Notes under the pieces: model-generated
Told to the model about the DNA's origin: nothing
The model's database searches: none
The model's input: only the letters and a program-made list of their open reading frames with translations
From: Gammaproteobacteria bacterium
GTDB lineage: Bacteria; Pseudomonadota; Gammaproteobacteria; Ga0077536
Assembly: GCA_963662545.2 (NCBI GenBank)
Contig: CAXXLL010000002.1
Location: 800,001-864,000 of the forward strand
Direction of reading: 5' to 3'
Length of the DNA stretch: 64,000 nucleotides
Shown: piece after piece, positions 41,061 through 51,999 of the stretch
How positions within the stretch are numbered: the stretch's first letter is position 1
How the letters are laid out: every line of letters begins with the position of its first letter
Position numbers and translations under genes: made by a program

Positions 41061-41093
41061 TTAAAACCCATCCCATAGGCGGATAATATTGAG

Positions 41094-42254
41094 ATGGGTT
41101 CTAGCAAAGTCTGGTTATTTGGGTTCCCAATAGCAGCCTTGTCGCTCTTGATCGGGGCGTTCCTGCTGATTGACCCGGTCCTCCGAATTGGGACCGGGCC
41201 GCCTCCGGCCGAAACTTTCACGGTCGAACGCTTGCGGGTGACCGAGCACGGTTTCGCCGCCAAGATCCGTGGTGACAGCCCGGAACCCATGGTTCTTGCC
41301 CAGGTCATGGTCGACGGTGCCTATTGGGTTTTCACCCAGGATCCTCCAGGACCTTTAGCGCGCATGGAGACGGCGTGGGTCGTGATCAATTTTCCGTGGA
41401 TTGCCGACGAAGTCCACCATCTACGTTTTATTACCGCTACCGGCGCAACCTTCGAGTACACGGTCGACGTCGCCTTGAAAACGCCCCGCCCGTCATGGTC
41501 CCTGCTCGTCGATTATGCGCTGCTGGGGATTTTTGTAGGATTGGTTCCGGTGGCCTTTGGGATGCTTTTTTTCCCGGCAATAAGGTCCCTGCGGCCAGAG
41601 GGCTTGGAGTTTGTTCTCGCACTGACCGTTGGGCTTCTTGCTTACCTGTTCGTCGACATGATTTTGGAAGGCTTGGAATTGGCCGAGAACGCCAGCCCAT
41701 TATTCGGTGGTCCGACATTGGTTTTGATTCCCATGGTCTTGACACTGGTCGCTCTTTTAGCCGTCGGCAACAGGTCGCGCGGACAGCATGATGGACGCCA
41801 GGTCGCAGGGTTTATGGCCTTAGGAATCGGACTCCACAACTTCGGTGAAGGGCTCGCCATCGGGGCATCGTTCGCCGCCAACGAAATCGCGATGGGGGCG
41901 TACCTCGTCGTCGGTTTTGCGCTTCACAATACGACTGAAGGGGTCGGGGTGGTATCACCTTTGGTGAAGGAGCGTGTCGCGTTTCCGCTGTTTGCCGGTC
42001 TCGCTTTGCTGGCGGGTCTTCCGACAGTGCCGGGCATCTGGATCGGTGCGTTTGCTTTTTCACCCCACTGGGCCGCGGTGTTTTTTGGAGTAGGCGCGGG
42101 CGCCGTTCTGCAAGTGATGGTCGAAATCGATCGTTTTCTCAATTCACACGTCCGGGTAGGCGACGCTAGGCCGCGCTTTTCCCGTACGTCCGTGGCCGGT
42201 TACTTCACCGGTGTTGCCATTATGTATGGGACTTCTTTACTGGTAGTGATCTGA
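41094..42254 (+). CDS. ZIP-family metal transporter with N-terminal extracytoplasmic domain
   Basis: GIGLHNFGEGLAIG and GFALHNTTEG motifs. Confidence 0.9.
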   Translation: MGSSKVWLFGFPIAALSLLIGAFLLIDPVLRIGTGPPPAETFTVERLRVTEHGFAAKIRGDSPEPMVLAQVMVDGAYWVFTQDPPGPLARMETAWVVINFPWIADEVHHLRFITATGATFEYTVDVALKTPRPSWSLLVDYALLGIFVGLVPVAFGMLFFPAIRSLRPEGLEFVLALTVGLLAYLFVDMILEGLELAENASPLFGGPTLVLIPMVLTLVALLAVGNRSRGQHDGRQVAGFMALGIGLHNFGEGLAIGASFAANEIAMGAYLVVGFALHNTTEGVGVVSPLVKERVAFPLFAGLALLAGLPTVPGIWIGAFAFSPHWAAVFFGVGAGAVLQVMVEIDRFLNSHVRVGDARPRFSRTSVAGYFTGVAIMYGTSLLVVI

Positions 42255-42328
42255 CGACGGGCGTGAGAAGGCAGACGCGTTAAAAGCGTTCGGCGCTGGC
42301 TGGCTTCAGACCCGTGACGATTTCGAAA

Positions 42329-43690
42329 TCACGATTCGGCGACCACTGCGTCCAGCGCGCGTTCGAGCCGGTCGCATATCTCGTCGACTTCCGATCCTTC
42401 GATGATCAAAGGCGGCGCGATGACGATATTGCGGCCGGTTTGACGGACCACGACGCCGGCCGCCAGCAGGTGCCGGAACACGCTCTGGCACACCGCTTCG
42501 CCGTCGTCGTTCAGCGGGCGGTCGTCGGCATCGCGGCGTAGAAAATCGACCGCGCCGGCAAGTCCGACATGCCGTACGTCGCCGACCAGTGGATGATCGC
42601 GCAGCCGTTCGAGCCGGGCGGAGAGGCGCTCGCCCATGCGCCGGGCATTCTGCACCAGGCCATCGCGCTCGATGATCTCGATGGTCTTCAGCGCCGCTGC
42701 CGCGCCGACCGGGTGGGCGGCGTAGGTTGCCGCATGGGCCAGCGTGCCGACGGCGTCGGATCCGCGCTCGAGGTCTGAGTACAGATCGGGCCCCAGCGCG
42801 AGTGCCGAAAGCGGAAAGTAGCCGCCGGTAATCGCCTTGGCCATCGTCATGTGATCGGGTTGGAGATCGAAGCTTGTGCTACCGAACATCGAACCCGTGC
42901 GCCCGAAGCCCGTGATGACTTCGTCGACGACAAAACACACCCCGCGTTCGTCCAAAACCCGTTTGATCGCGGCAAAATAATTCGCCGGTGGCACCATCAG
43001 CCCCGCCGAAAAGCTCACTGGCTCGGCGAACATCGCCGCCACCGAACCGGTCGGCTCGGCGTCGATCAGTGTCGCAAGCTCGGCGGCCAGGCGCGCGGCG
43101 TACGCCTCGGACGTTTCCCCCGGCTCCCGCGCGCCGTGATAATCCGGTTGTGCAACGTGCCGGAAACCCGGCAGCGGCAGACCGAATTCCTCATGATGAC
43201 CGCCGGTCAGGCTTGCCGCACCGAGCGTACCGCCGGCGTAACTGTCGCGGCGGCCGATGATCGTACGTCGTTCGGGTTCACCGCGCGTGACCGCCTGGAA
43301 ATGCAGCAGCTTGATCATGAAATCGTTCGCTTCCGAGCCCGTGGCCGCAAACATGATGTGCGTGTCCGGCATCGGTACGATCGCGGTCAGCCGCTCCGCC
43401 AGGTCGAGCGACGCCTTGCTGGTGCGTTTGAGCGCGGACACATAAAAGGGCAGTTCGCGATATTGTGCGTAAATGGCGTCGATCAACTCCTCGTTCTGGT
43501 AGCCGAGGGCGGCGACATAAAATGAGGACGTGGCCTCGATGTATTCGCGCCCGTCGGTATCGTAGACGTAGATGCCTTTGCCACGATCGATGAAACAGGT
43601 TTCCTGCGCTGTGTTCTCGGCGACACGCTGGAAACCGAGAATGAGCGGCAGGCGTTCGTCTTCGTTCAGCAGGGTATCGGCTGTTGCCAT
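42329..43690 (-). CDS. Class III PLP-dependent aminotransferase
   Basis: GSEAND, DEVITGFGRTG and MAKAITGGYFPLSA motifs. Confidence 0.93.
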   Translation of the reverse strand: MATADTLLNEDERLPLILGFQRVAENTAQETCFIDRGKGIYVYDTDGREYIEATSSFYVAALGYQNEELIDAIYAQYRELPFYVSALKRTSKASLDLAERLTAIVPMPDTHIMFAATGSEANDFMIKLLHFQAVTRGEPERRTIIGRRDSYAGGTLGAASLTGGHHEEFGLPLPGFRHVAQPDYHGAREPGETSEAYAARLAAELATLIDAEPTGSVAAMFAEPVSFSAGLMVPPANYFAAIKRVLDERGVCFVVDEVITGFGRTGSMFGSTSFDLQPDHMTMAKAITGGYFPLSALALGPDLYSDLERGSDAVGTLAHAATYAAHPVGAAAALKTIEIIERDGLVQNARRMGERLSARLERLRDHPLVGDVRHVGLAGAVDFLRRDADDRPLNDDGEAVCQSVFRHLLAAGVVVRQTGRNIVIAPPLIIEGSEVDEICDRLERALDAVVAES

Positions 43691-43733
43691 GTGGGTACTC
43701 CTTATGCCGTGCGGCGCAAGCTAGCCGCACGAT

Positions 43734-46091
43734 TCAATTCGAGGGCGCCGCGCCGATCGGCGTAACCAGGGTAAGGTTTTCCGGCGGCAGACAATGGCGA
43801 TCGTTGCAGGCTTGCAGGGTCAGTCGTGTTCGGATTGGTGAACGCGACTTTTTGCTACCGCGTGCTTTAACGCGGGCACTGATCTCGAATTCGCCTTCGT
43901 ACAAGGCGAGGCGTTCATCGCGAAAGCCGAGTTGTTTGAGTTGCGCTTGCGGATAGCGGATGTCGTCGAGAACGTAAGCATTCGACGATTCCACCTGTGC
44001 CAGCTCGGTGCCAATCAGGTCTTCCTGCAACGGGCGCCGGGCGTTGAGATGGTAACCCTCGCTGAGCGCGATGGTCACGCGCAGGCGACCGTCGCTGATC
44101 GTACTCTGAACATGCGCGGCCCCGAACGCGGCGAATTGACTCGGACCCGGCCCGCCGCGGCGCATCGTCATGACGGCGCGCAGCATGCCGGTATAGTGGG
44201 ACGGCTCGCGTTCGATGTGGGCGGCGAAAGCGGTAATGAGTTCGAGGGCGTGCTGCCGATACGCCGGATCACGCGCACGCCGCACGAGTTTGGCTTGCAC
44301 GGCGAGTGCCAGCGCATTGCCGGACGGGACCGCGCCGTCGCTCGCGGATTTCGGGCGCGCCATCTGCAGCGGATCGGGCTTATGCATGAAATAACCGCCT
44401 GCTTCACTATCCAGGAAGCGTACGTCTAACGCGGCGACAAGCATACGGGCCCGTGTGAGCCACGTTTCGACGCCCGTCAGATCGTGCATCGCGATGCACG
44501 CTTCGGCGAGCGCGGCATAATCGTCAAGCGCCCCGTCGACCGAGGGTTTACCGTAGAGGCTGGTGCGCCAAAGCTGGCCATTGCCGTGTTGGTGGCGCCG
44601 CCACAGAAAATCGATAGCGCCCTGAGCCAGGCGTGCTGCTCGGGCCGAGCTTGTCGCATCATCAAACACACGCGCGGCTTCGGCCAGCGCAGTCACCATC
44701 AACGCATTCCAGGCCGTGACGATTTTTTCGTCACGGAGTGGCGCGACGCGGCGGTTGCGCGCCGCGAGAAGGCCTGCGCGAATGGTTTCCAGATTGCTTG
44801 GCGACTCAGCGCGCCGGCCGGCCGTATAAAGCACATTTCGACCGTCGAAATTTCCCTGATCGGAGATGTTGAAGTGCGCGATGCCGCGCCGGGCGAGGAC
44901 TGGGGGGAGTACTGCGCGAACCTCAGCGGGCGTCCAGCTATAATAATAACCTTCGCCTTCCTCGCTATCGGCGTCCAGTGCGGAATAAAAGCCGCCTTCC
45001 GGCGCGGCTAAGTCGCGCTCGACGAAGTCGATGATTCCTGTGGCGACGCGGGCGTAGCGGGTTTCGCCCGTCAGTAGGTACGCCCGTAGATAGACGCGCA
45101 GCAACTGCGCCTGGTTGTAGAGCATTTTCTCGAAATGGGGTATGCGCCAGTTGGCGTCCGTGGCATAACGATGAAATCCGCCGCCGACGTGGTCGTGAAT
45201 ACCTCCCGCGGCCATGGCATCAAGGTCGAAGCGGATCCAGGCGATAAGATCCGCGTCGCCGCTGTCCAGCGCCCGGTCGAGCAACAACAGGTGGTTCGAT
45301 TCTTGTGGAAATTTGGGCGCATCGCCACTGCCGCCGTTGACGCGGTCGCGCATTTGAGCCAGCGTCGAAATCGCGCGCTCGATCACGGCATCGTCAATCG
45401 CCGCGCTGCCCCGTTCGGATCGTAGCGCGCGCTGCACGACGAGCGCGATCTCATCGGCTTGTCGCACGATATCGTCGCGGCTTTGCTCCCAGGACGCATG
45501 AACCTCTTGCAGTAGCTGCAGAAACGTGTCGCGCGGAAAGTACGTACCACCCCAGAACGTCTTGCCGACCGGCGTCAGAAAGCTCGACATCGGCCAGCCG
45601 CCCTGCCCGGTAAAGAGCACGACTGCCGTCATGTAGGTCGTGTCGACGTCGGGACGGCGTTCGCGATCGACCTTGATGGCGATGAAATGCTCGTTCAGCA
45701 TCCGCGCTACAGCCGGATCATCGAAGCTCTCACGTTCCATCACGTGGCACCAGTGACAGGTGGAATAACCGATCGACAGAAACACCGGTTTGTCCTCACG
45801 ATGCGCGGCGGCGAATGCGGCTTCGCTCCATGGATACCAGTTGACCGGATTGTGCGCGTGCTGCAGGAGATAAGGCGAATCTTCAAGGATCAGCCGATTG
45901 AGGTAGCGCGGTCTGCCATCGGCGTCGACATGCTCAGTACGCACCGCATAGGTGCCGCGCCGCTCGTCGCGGGCGGCGAGCAGGCGCGTTTCGATCTCCC
46001 GAGCGAGCGTCGCGCCGGGTAAAGAATCCGCCGCAGCTTGCACCAGGGGCAGCAGGCACGAGAGAGCGATCAAACTGCGCCCCAGGTTCAT
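43734..46091 (-). CDS. DUF255/YyaL thioredoxin-domain protein with C-terminal DsbD-N-like domain
   Basis: Signal peptide; [19 protein letters not shown] and PHFEKMLY motifs; C-terminal [11 protein letters not shown]. Confidence 0.9.
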   Translation of the reverse strand: MNLGRSLIALSCLLPLVQAAADSLPGATLAREIETRLLAARDERRGTYAVRTEHVDADGRPRYLNRLILEDSPYLLQHAHNPVNWYPWSEAAFAAAHREDKPVFLSIGYSTCHWCHVMERESFDDPAVARMLNEHFIAIKVDRERRPDVDTTYMTAVVLFTGQGGWPMSSFLTPVGKTFWGGTYFPRDTFLQLLQEVHASWEQSRDDIVRQADEIALVVQRALRSERGSAAIDDAVIERAISTLAQMRDRVNGGSGDAPKFPQESNHLLLLDRALDSGDADLIAWIRFDLDAMAAGGIHDHVGGGFHRYATDANWRIPHFEKMLYNQAQLLRVYLRAYLLTGETRYARVATGIIDFVERDLAAPEGGFYSALDADSEEGEGYYYSWTPAEVRAVLPPVLARRGIAHFNISDQGNFDGRNVLYTAGRRAESPSNLETIRAGLLAARNRRVAPLRDEKIVTAWNALMVTALAEAARVFDDATSSARAARLAQGAIDFLWRRHQHGNGQLWRTSLYGKPSVDGALDDYAALAEACIAMHDLTGVETWLTRARMLVAALDVRFLDSEAGGYFMHKPDPLQMARPKSASDGAVPSGNALALAVQAKLVRRARDPAYRQHALELITAFAAHIEREPSHYTGMLRAVMTMRRGGPGPSQFAAFGAAHVQSTISDGRLRVTIALSEGYHLNARRPLQEDLIGTELAQVESSNAYVLDDIRYPQAQLKQLGFRDERLALYEGEFEISARVKARGSKKSRSPIRTRLTLQACNDRHCLPPENLTLVTPIGAAPSN

Positions 46092-46235
46092 CGGTTCTCC
46101 TCCTCGCGGCCATCTCCACGGGTACGTGCGTGATGTGTCTGATTGCCGGACATTCGTACGACTATTTCAGGCGGTTTGAATTATTATATGCATTGGGTTT
46201 CAGCGGTGTTGCTGGACATAACGCGAAGCGGAAAC

Positions 46236-47858
46236 ATGCCTATGACGCAAGAGATATCGAAACCAATTCCCATGCGCGAAGTTGACGCTGTTATCGTTGG
46301 AGCGGGGTTCGCGGGCCTTTTTATGCTGCATCGCTTGCGGGGCTTGGGGCTTTCAACGCGGGTCTACGAGGCAGGCAGCGGTATCGGTGGCACGTGGTAC
46401 TGGAATCGCTACCCCGGTGCTCGATGCGACGTAGAAAGCATGGAGTACTCCTATCAGTTCTCCAACGAACTCGAACAGCAATGGGAGTGGACCGAACGTT
46501 ATGCGGGCCAAGCGGAAATACTGAAGTACATCAATCATGTTGCGGACCGATTTAATTTGCATGAAGACATTGAGTTGAACGCGCGCGTGTCATCGGCTGT
46601 TTATGATGAACCTAGCCGACGCTGGGTCGTGACATCCGAAAGTGGCTCGGTCGCCGCCCAGTATTGCATTATGGCGACAGGATGCCTGTCGTCGCCCAAC
46701 AAACCCGACTTTAAAGGGCTGGACAGCTTTGCCGGATCCACCTATCACACGGGTAACTGGCCTCACGATGGGGTTGATTTCAGCGGCAAACGGGTCGGCA
46801 TTATTGGTACGGGTTCGTCGGCAATCCAGTCGATTCCAGTCATCGCGGCGGAAGCCGACCACCTGACCGTATTTCAACGGACACCAAACTACTCCATTCC
46901 CGCGCGGAATGGGACATTGGCCCCGACCGTACAGCAAGAAGTCAAGGCCAACTACAAGCAAATGCGCGAGGAAAACAGCCAGATGCCTTTCGGCTGGGGC
47001 GCGAATCTTGGTCTCCGCGAGGATTCTGCCCTGGACGCGACACCGGAGGAACGTCATTTTGAGTACGAGAAGCGCTGGCAGGCGGGCGGGCTCCCATTCA
47101 TCGGTGCGTTCGGAGATTTACTATACAGTCAGGAAGCAAACGACACGGCGGCGGAGTTTGTCCGCGGAAAAATTCGCGAAATAGTTCGTGATCCGGCCGT
47201 CGCCGAGACACTGTCCCCGGATAATGTCGTGGGTTGTAAGCGCTTATGCGCCGACTCGGGTTACTACGAAACCTTCAATCGCCCGAATGTGACACTGGTT
47301 GATGTCAACAAGACACCGATCGAGGAGATCACGGCCACCGGCTTGAGAACGACGACCGATAACTACCCGGTCGATTGCATCGTTTTTGCCACGGGCTTCG
47401 ATGCCATGACGGGCGCGTTATTCGCGATCGATATACGCGGCAGGGAAAATATTTCACTCGAAGAGAAATGGAGTGCCGGCCCGCGGACCTTCCTCGGACT
47501 TGGAACCGCCGGTTTTCCGAACGTCTTCACTATCACGGGCCCCGGTAGCCCGTCCGTATTAAGCAATATGCTGCCGTCGATAGAGCAACACGTAAATTGG
47601 ATTGCTGATTGCATCACCTATATCGCGGAACACGGGCATCAGAGCATCGAGGTGACCACCGCGGCGGAAGACGCCTGGGTTGATCATGTCAACGAAGTTG
47701 CAGACGGTACACTCTTCCCCTCGTGCAATTCGTGGTACCTGGGTTCGAACGTACCTGGCAAGCCGCGCGTCTTCATGCCCTATCTCGGTTTCCCGCCGTA
47801 TGTAAAGAAGTGCAACGAGATTGCAGCATCCGGTTACAAAGGATTTGAGCTCAAATGA
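46236..47858 (+). CDS. Type I Baeyer-Villiger monooxygenase (PAMO/CHMO-like)
   Basis: GAGFAG, GGTWYWNRYPGARCD, FAGSTYHTGNW, GTGSS and SWYLG.N.PGK motifs. Start 46236 or 46242. Confidence 0.93.
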   Translation: MPMTQEISKPIPMREVDAVIVGAGFAGLFMLHRLRGLGLSTRVYEAGSGIGGTWYWNRYPGARCDVESMEYSYQFSNELEQQWEWTERYAGQAEILKYINHVADRFNLHEDIELNARVSSAVYDEPSRRWVVTSESGSVAAQYCIMATGCLSSPNKPDFKGLDSFAGSTYHTGNWPHDGVDFSGKRVGIIGTGSSAIQSIPVIAAEADHLTVFQRTPNYSIPARNGTLAPTVQQEVKANYKQMREENSQMPFGWGANLGLREDSALDATPEERHFEYEKRWQAGGLPFIGAFGDLLYSQEANDTAAEFVRGKIREIVRDPAVAETLSPDNVVGCKRLCADSGYYETFNRPNVTLVDVNKTPIEEITATGLRTTTDNYPVDCIVFATGFDAMTGALFAIDIRGRENISLEEKWSAGPRTFLGLGTAGFPNVFTITGPGSPSVLSNMLPSIEQHVNWIADCITYIAEHGHQSIEVTTAAEDAWVDHVNEVADGTLFPSCNSWYLGSNVPGKPRVFMPYLGFPPYVKKCNEIAASGYKGFELK

Positions 47859-47867
47859 GCAGGTCGT

Positions 47868-48725
47868 TTAGGAAAAAATAGCTACCGTTCGCGCTTCGAT
47901 GCTTTCCCGCGGGATGAATTCGTCTGGGCATTCCGGGTTATTGAATCCGGTATGTCCGGTAAAGCATGCGCGTCCGTCATTCGCAGAGTCGTAGCATTTC
48001 AATAGCATCACTTCGTCGGGCCGCATATTGGATGCGTAAAACCATTGGTGATCAGGGTTATGCCGAAACGAGTAAATCTGGCCGGTGAGGTGCGGGGTTT
48101 CTAGATCGTCCTCCAAGAAATGTTGGATCTCCGTGGGAATAAAGTCCTCTAGTTTTGCGCTTCGAGCGTCGCAAATAGCGAGCGGGCGATCCTGGACGGG
48201 ACCTACGATGGGGCGCCAGACATTGATCAATGCGGCGCGATGGCCGGCGAGATCCATCGCGTCGTTCTCCTCGATGATCTCACGGACGCGGCGCGGTCCT
48301 GAGCTAACGGTGTAATCATTATGCGCGCCATCGACCGGCTCGCGTACACCCACTTCCTTTCGATCGGAGCGCGGTTGGTTTCGCACATTGTGATCGAAGA
48401 CGATGACCCGATGCGCTCCTGTCGCTGCTCGCAGCAGATCTTCCACTTCCGTATAGTATTCAGCCCGCACGCGATCGGGGTCGTAAAAATCGCTGAAGCC
48501 CGATCGATGTGAAACCAATTCGAAGCCTGCTTCGTCCAAGTTGAGCTGCTCGGCGATCGGACGACAGTCATATATCGGCATCGGGATCCGCTCACGTGGC
48601 GGTCTTTCGATCTCTCTACCGCTAGCCGGCGGAAAGACCCTGACCCTCGCCGGATCGTCCGAGGGCACGGTATACGCCAGCTCGACGACGACATGAGCTA
48701 GTTTTGATTCATTTATTGTTGCCAT
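47868..48725 (-). CDS. CmcJ/NvfI/AsaB-family oxidoreductase
   Basis: FDHNVR, HNDYT, INVWRPI, PLAICDA, LKCYDS, HTGF and RESIEAR motifs. Confidence 0.88.
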   Translation of the reverse strand: MATINESKLAHVVVELAYTVPSDDPARVRVFPPASGREIERPPRERIPMPIYDCRPIAEQLNLDEAGFELVSHRSGFSDFYDPDRVRAEYYTEVEDLLRAATGAHRVIVFDHNVRNQPRSDRKEVGVREPVDGAHNDYTVSSGPRRVREIIEENDAMDLAGHRAALINVWRPIVGPVQDRPLAICDARSAKLEDFIPTEIQHFLEDDLETPHLTGQIYSFRHNPDHQWFYASNMRPDEVMLLKCYDSANDGRACFTGHTGFNNPECPDEFIPRESIEARTVAIFS

Positions 48726-48963
48726 TCTTCGACCTCGCAGGGTCCACGGGGGTTTTTGTGACGCCTGACGAGTTTACAAAATTACCCCGCCGGATGTCGC
48801 GAAATCAAAAGCAATAACACGCCGGGGCCGCTTAAATGCTCTTACGGGGGTAGATTTTGCGTGTATCTTGAGCTTTGAGCGGCGTATTGAAAAGCGAAGA
48901 TTGCCCATACCGTTCTGGTTGCTGGGGCGTCCACTGGTATTGCGCAATAACTGACCCTGGCGC

Positions 48964-49575
48964 CTACCAGTTCGTAATGCCTTGTTTGTCTGCCTGTTGT
49001 GTCATCTCGAGAGACCAGCGAATTTCTTCCTCTTTGAAAAAAAAGGCATCCTTTTTGCCCTTGGGTAATCGCGCGCTTTGTTCTTCATAATGCCGCATTG
49101 CTGTCGCGAATAGGGGCGATAGCCGGGTTCTGGACTCAAGTGGCATGTCGAGATAGTCCACGGACATGATGTAGACGTGCTCAAGCAGCGCATTGATGAA
49201 TCGAAGCCGACGCTCCGCGGCCTGTGATGTTGGTGCGCCTTCGACGATCGCCGAAACCCTTTCGACGTAATCGCCGTAGAGCCGCATCGCGAATGACGCA
49301 GCCTCGCTCTCCAGTGCTTTGATCATAGCGCTGGTTTCGGCAAGCTTTTCTCGCGCGAATTCGAGACACAGGGTGATTTCCGCATCGGGTGATGTGGCAA
49401 ATTGTAATTCGGCCCGCTCATCGATCCGGTCGAATAGATAGGCGATCTGATCAGGGGTGACGCCCGGGTCCGGCAGCCATTCAACGTCGGCGAACGAATT
49501 CATCAGGCCGTGCCCGGCGTGACTGGCGGTTATCGCAAGCGTGCAGACGACACACGCCAGGAGCCGGGCCTTCAC
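48964..49575 (-). CDS. Secreted helical hypothetical protein (DUF5667-like)
   Basis: Signal peptide; PDPGVTPD..YLFDR..E and AREKLAE patterns; overlaps the upstream stop. Confidence 0.6.
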   Translation of the reverse strand: MKARLLACVVCTLAITASHAGHGLMNSFADVEWLPDPGVTPDQIAYLFDRIDERAELQFATSPDAEITLCLEFAREKLAETSAMIKALESEAASFAMRLYGDYVERVSAIVEGAPTSQAAERRLRFINALLEHVYIMSVDYLDMPLESRTRLSPLFATAMRHYEEQSARLPKGKKDAFFFKEEEIRWSLEMTQQADKQGITNW

Positions 49576-50558
49576 GACGAATCCTCCGGTACTTTCCGAT
49601 CAAATGGCGAGTGCACGCTTGTGTCCGTACCGTCGGCGAAAGGCGTTACGTCGACTGTAAACGGGAACACGCGCGTTTCACCGCCAGGCGCCAGCTGAAG
49701 AAACACGTGATATCTGCCGGGCTCCGGGAAGACGTAGCGAATCGGGAGTGTCGGACCCGGAAACACCAGTTCCGATTCCATGCACATTAATTGCACCATC
49801 ATTTGCGCAATCTGTCCGCCGCGCGTTTGCGGATCTGCATAGCGATCGTGTGCCATTTGAATGATGGCGGCCACTCGGGGCGTGTAACTGTGCAAGTGGC
49901 CGAAATACCTGCCATCTTCGCGCCAAACGGCTCCATGCAACTCTGAACCAAGATACAAGGTGAGATCGGTAACGGGTTCACCCGCGCGTTCGAGCGTCAG
50001 AATCAGATTGGTTTCATAGCCGGCTACGGGAATCTCGGGCGATGTCTGCAAAGTGGCGGCGTACGCACCTGAATGGCTTATCCCCGCTAGAGCCGCGGTC
50101 TTGTGTATAGTCGTCGCGGCGCCGATCTCAATGTCGAAATGTTTCGTCCAACTGCGATTCTGGTGCGCGAACTCGCTGACGATCCGATAATGGCCTGCCT
50201 TGGGAAACCGATAAGGGAAACGCAGACTTGCTTCAGCCAGATCTCCGTCGGTGACGGTATTGAAATCTTCATGGTGAATATGCGCAAAACTCGAAAAATC
50301 CAGATTGACGATGAAATTGTGGATGAGGCGCTCATGCGCCACTTGGAGATCCTGCACAGGCTTGCCGCTCCGCGTGTAGGTGAGTTGCCAAATCAGCAGG
50401 GTTTCCTGCCCGGGGCTGGGATCGGGTGGGTCTAGGGATAAGGTCAGGCGGTACGGGCCGCCGGGCCGGCCCTCGAGTGGGCTTTCCCGGTGCTCCGCAC
50501 ACCCCGCAAGCGCGAGCAGCGCGGCGATAAAGGCGATCAGGAAACGCATAAGCGCCAT
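49572..50558 (-). CDS. Lipoprotein with two His-rich Ig-like (YtkA-like) repeats
   Basis: Lipobox LAGC; HERLIH..FAHIHHED..FPKAGHY and LHG..GHLH..FPEPGRY. Start estimated. Confidence 0.7.
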   Translation of the reverse strand: MALMRFLIAFIAALLALAGCAEHRESPLEGRPGGPYRLTLSLDPPDPSPGQETLLIWQLTYTRSGKPVQDLQVAHERLIHNFIVNLDFSSFAHIHHEDFNTVTDGDLAEASLRFPYRFPKAGHYRIVSEFAHQNRSWTKHFDIEIGAATTIHKTAALAGISHSGAYAATLQTSPEIPVAGYETNLILTLERAGEPVTDLTLYLGSELHGAVWREDGRYFGHLHSYTPRVAAIIQMAHDRYADPQTRGGQIAQMMVQLMCMESELVFPGPTLPIRYVFPEPGRYHVFLQLAPGGETRVFPFTVDVTPFADGTDTSVHSPFDRKVPEDSS

Positions 50559-50637
50559 GATGAACCGTGCACCGCGCATGCCACAAGCCGGGCGGGAGGG
50601 GGAGCAGCCCTCGTCGCTGGGAGTCGGTATCGCTCGA

Positions 50638-51999
50638 TTACTCGCCTGCGATGCTCGTCGCCGTGCCTCCGCTCTCAAAAATCAAATGCCCTGCTTCGTT
50701 TTGGGCACGGACGCGCGCTTCTAGATCGGCGGGAATGGAGACATTTCGCGCGCCGGGAAATTTGCCGGGAAATAGATGGGGCCGCATAAAATACTCATCG
50801 GGATCCTCGATCAGAATCTGTGATTTCAAGGGCTTGTACAACCAGTCACGGCGCATAAACTCGGCGGTGAAGATCATGGCCTTTTCCTGCTCCGACCAAT
50901 CGTGTGCGCTATGCGCGTCATGAAAGCTGTAGCTGATCAAGTCGTTCGGTATATTCCAGTAAACCGTCGAAAGTGCGGTATAACCAAATGTGCCTAGCTC
51001 AGGCAGTTGGTGCTCGGCGAGTCGAACTTCGATCGTCATGAGTGCACCGTCACTGTCGTATTTTTCCTGGCGCAACGGGTAGAACGTATGTTTCTCGAGC
51101 CACAGAATCAGGGTTTTCTCGCTGTATCCCGGAAGCCAGTCGTCCTTCGCTGTTGCCTTCACCACCCAGCAGGCGACGCCGCCGTCGGGCAGGTAATGCG
51201 GGAAGTCGTCGCCCATGGATTTCACCGAGGCCGTGTTCCGCTCGACGAACCCTTTGTCGCCACGGTTTAACCTGATCGTCGGGCGCGTATTCGGAAACCG
51301 GATGGTTTCGTAGAGTACGTCCGTTCCCAGAAGCTCCCACGCGAATTCCCACGCGTCACGTCCGAGCACGTCGTCGAAAGTCTGCGCGTTATCGGCGAAA
51401 CGCTGGTCACGGCGCGGTTCCGGTTGGCGGCGAACACGGCGCAACTGCGGCGAATAGACGAATAAGTCCATTTTCGTTTGGAATTCCTTATCGGTGCGGT
51501 ATGGCACCCAGAGTTGTTGCGCCCCTTCTGATTCGGGCGGAAAAGTGTGGTAGGCCATCCAGCTTGTATAGACGTCCCCTGGTTTCGTGCCATAGAGATA
51601 GGTCTCGAGGCCCGTCCCGGCAGGCTTCGCATAGAAAATCGTTTCGCCCTGGTTAATGTACCCGGAGCTCGTAATCGCGCCGAACACGTCGAGAATCGTC
51701 CCGGGCCAACGCGAGATGTGCGGGAACTCTGCCGATCGGTAGCCCATTTCCTCCGCCGTGTAGGGCGGTTCGAATGGATAACGCTCAGCGGGCATGTACG
51801 GATACTCGGCATCTCGCGCGGTAGAAGTCGCCGGGTCGAACAAGGCCTTATCTTCGGCGCTCATTTGAGCGACCGTTTTCCAGATCTCTTCGGCGCCTGC
51901 CGCTGCGACGGCGCTCAGGCACAAGACGATTACGATCCCCCGCTTGATGGCACGATGCCGACAGTAATGCATCCGGGCTGGTTCAAATTCAGAACTCAT
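50638..51999 (-). CDS. DUF1329 / LolA-like periplasmic protein
   Basis: YSPQLRRVRR, TFDDVLGR and CWVVKAT motifs; downstream of DUF1302. Confidence 0.75.
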   Translation of the reverse strand: MSSEFEPARMHYCRHRAIKRGIVIVLCLSAVAAAGAEEIWKTVAQMSAEDKALFDPATSTARDAEYPYMPAERYPFEPPYTAEEMGYRSAEFPHISRWPGTILDVFGAITSSGYINQGETIFYAKPAGTGLETYLYGTKPGDVYTSWMAYHTFPPESEGAQQLWVPYRTDKEFQTKMDLFVYSPQLRRVRRQPEPRRDQRFADNAQTFDDVLGRDAWEFAWELLGTDVLYETIRFPNTRPTIRLNRGDKGFVERNTASVKSMGDDFPHYLPDGGVACWVVKATAKDDWLPGYSEKTLILWLEKHTFYPLRQEKYDSDGALMTIEVRLAEHQLPELGTFGYTALSTVYWNIPNDLISYSFHDAHSAHDWSEQEKAMIFTAEFMRRDWLYKPLKSQILIEDPDEYFMRPHLFPGKFPGARNVSIPADLEARVRAQNEAGHLIFESGGTATSIAGE

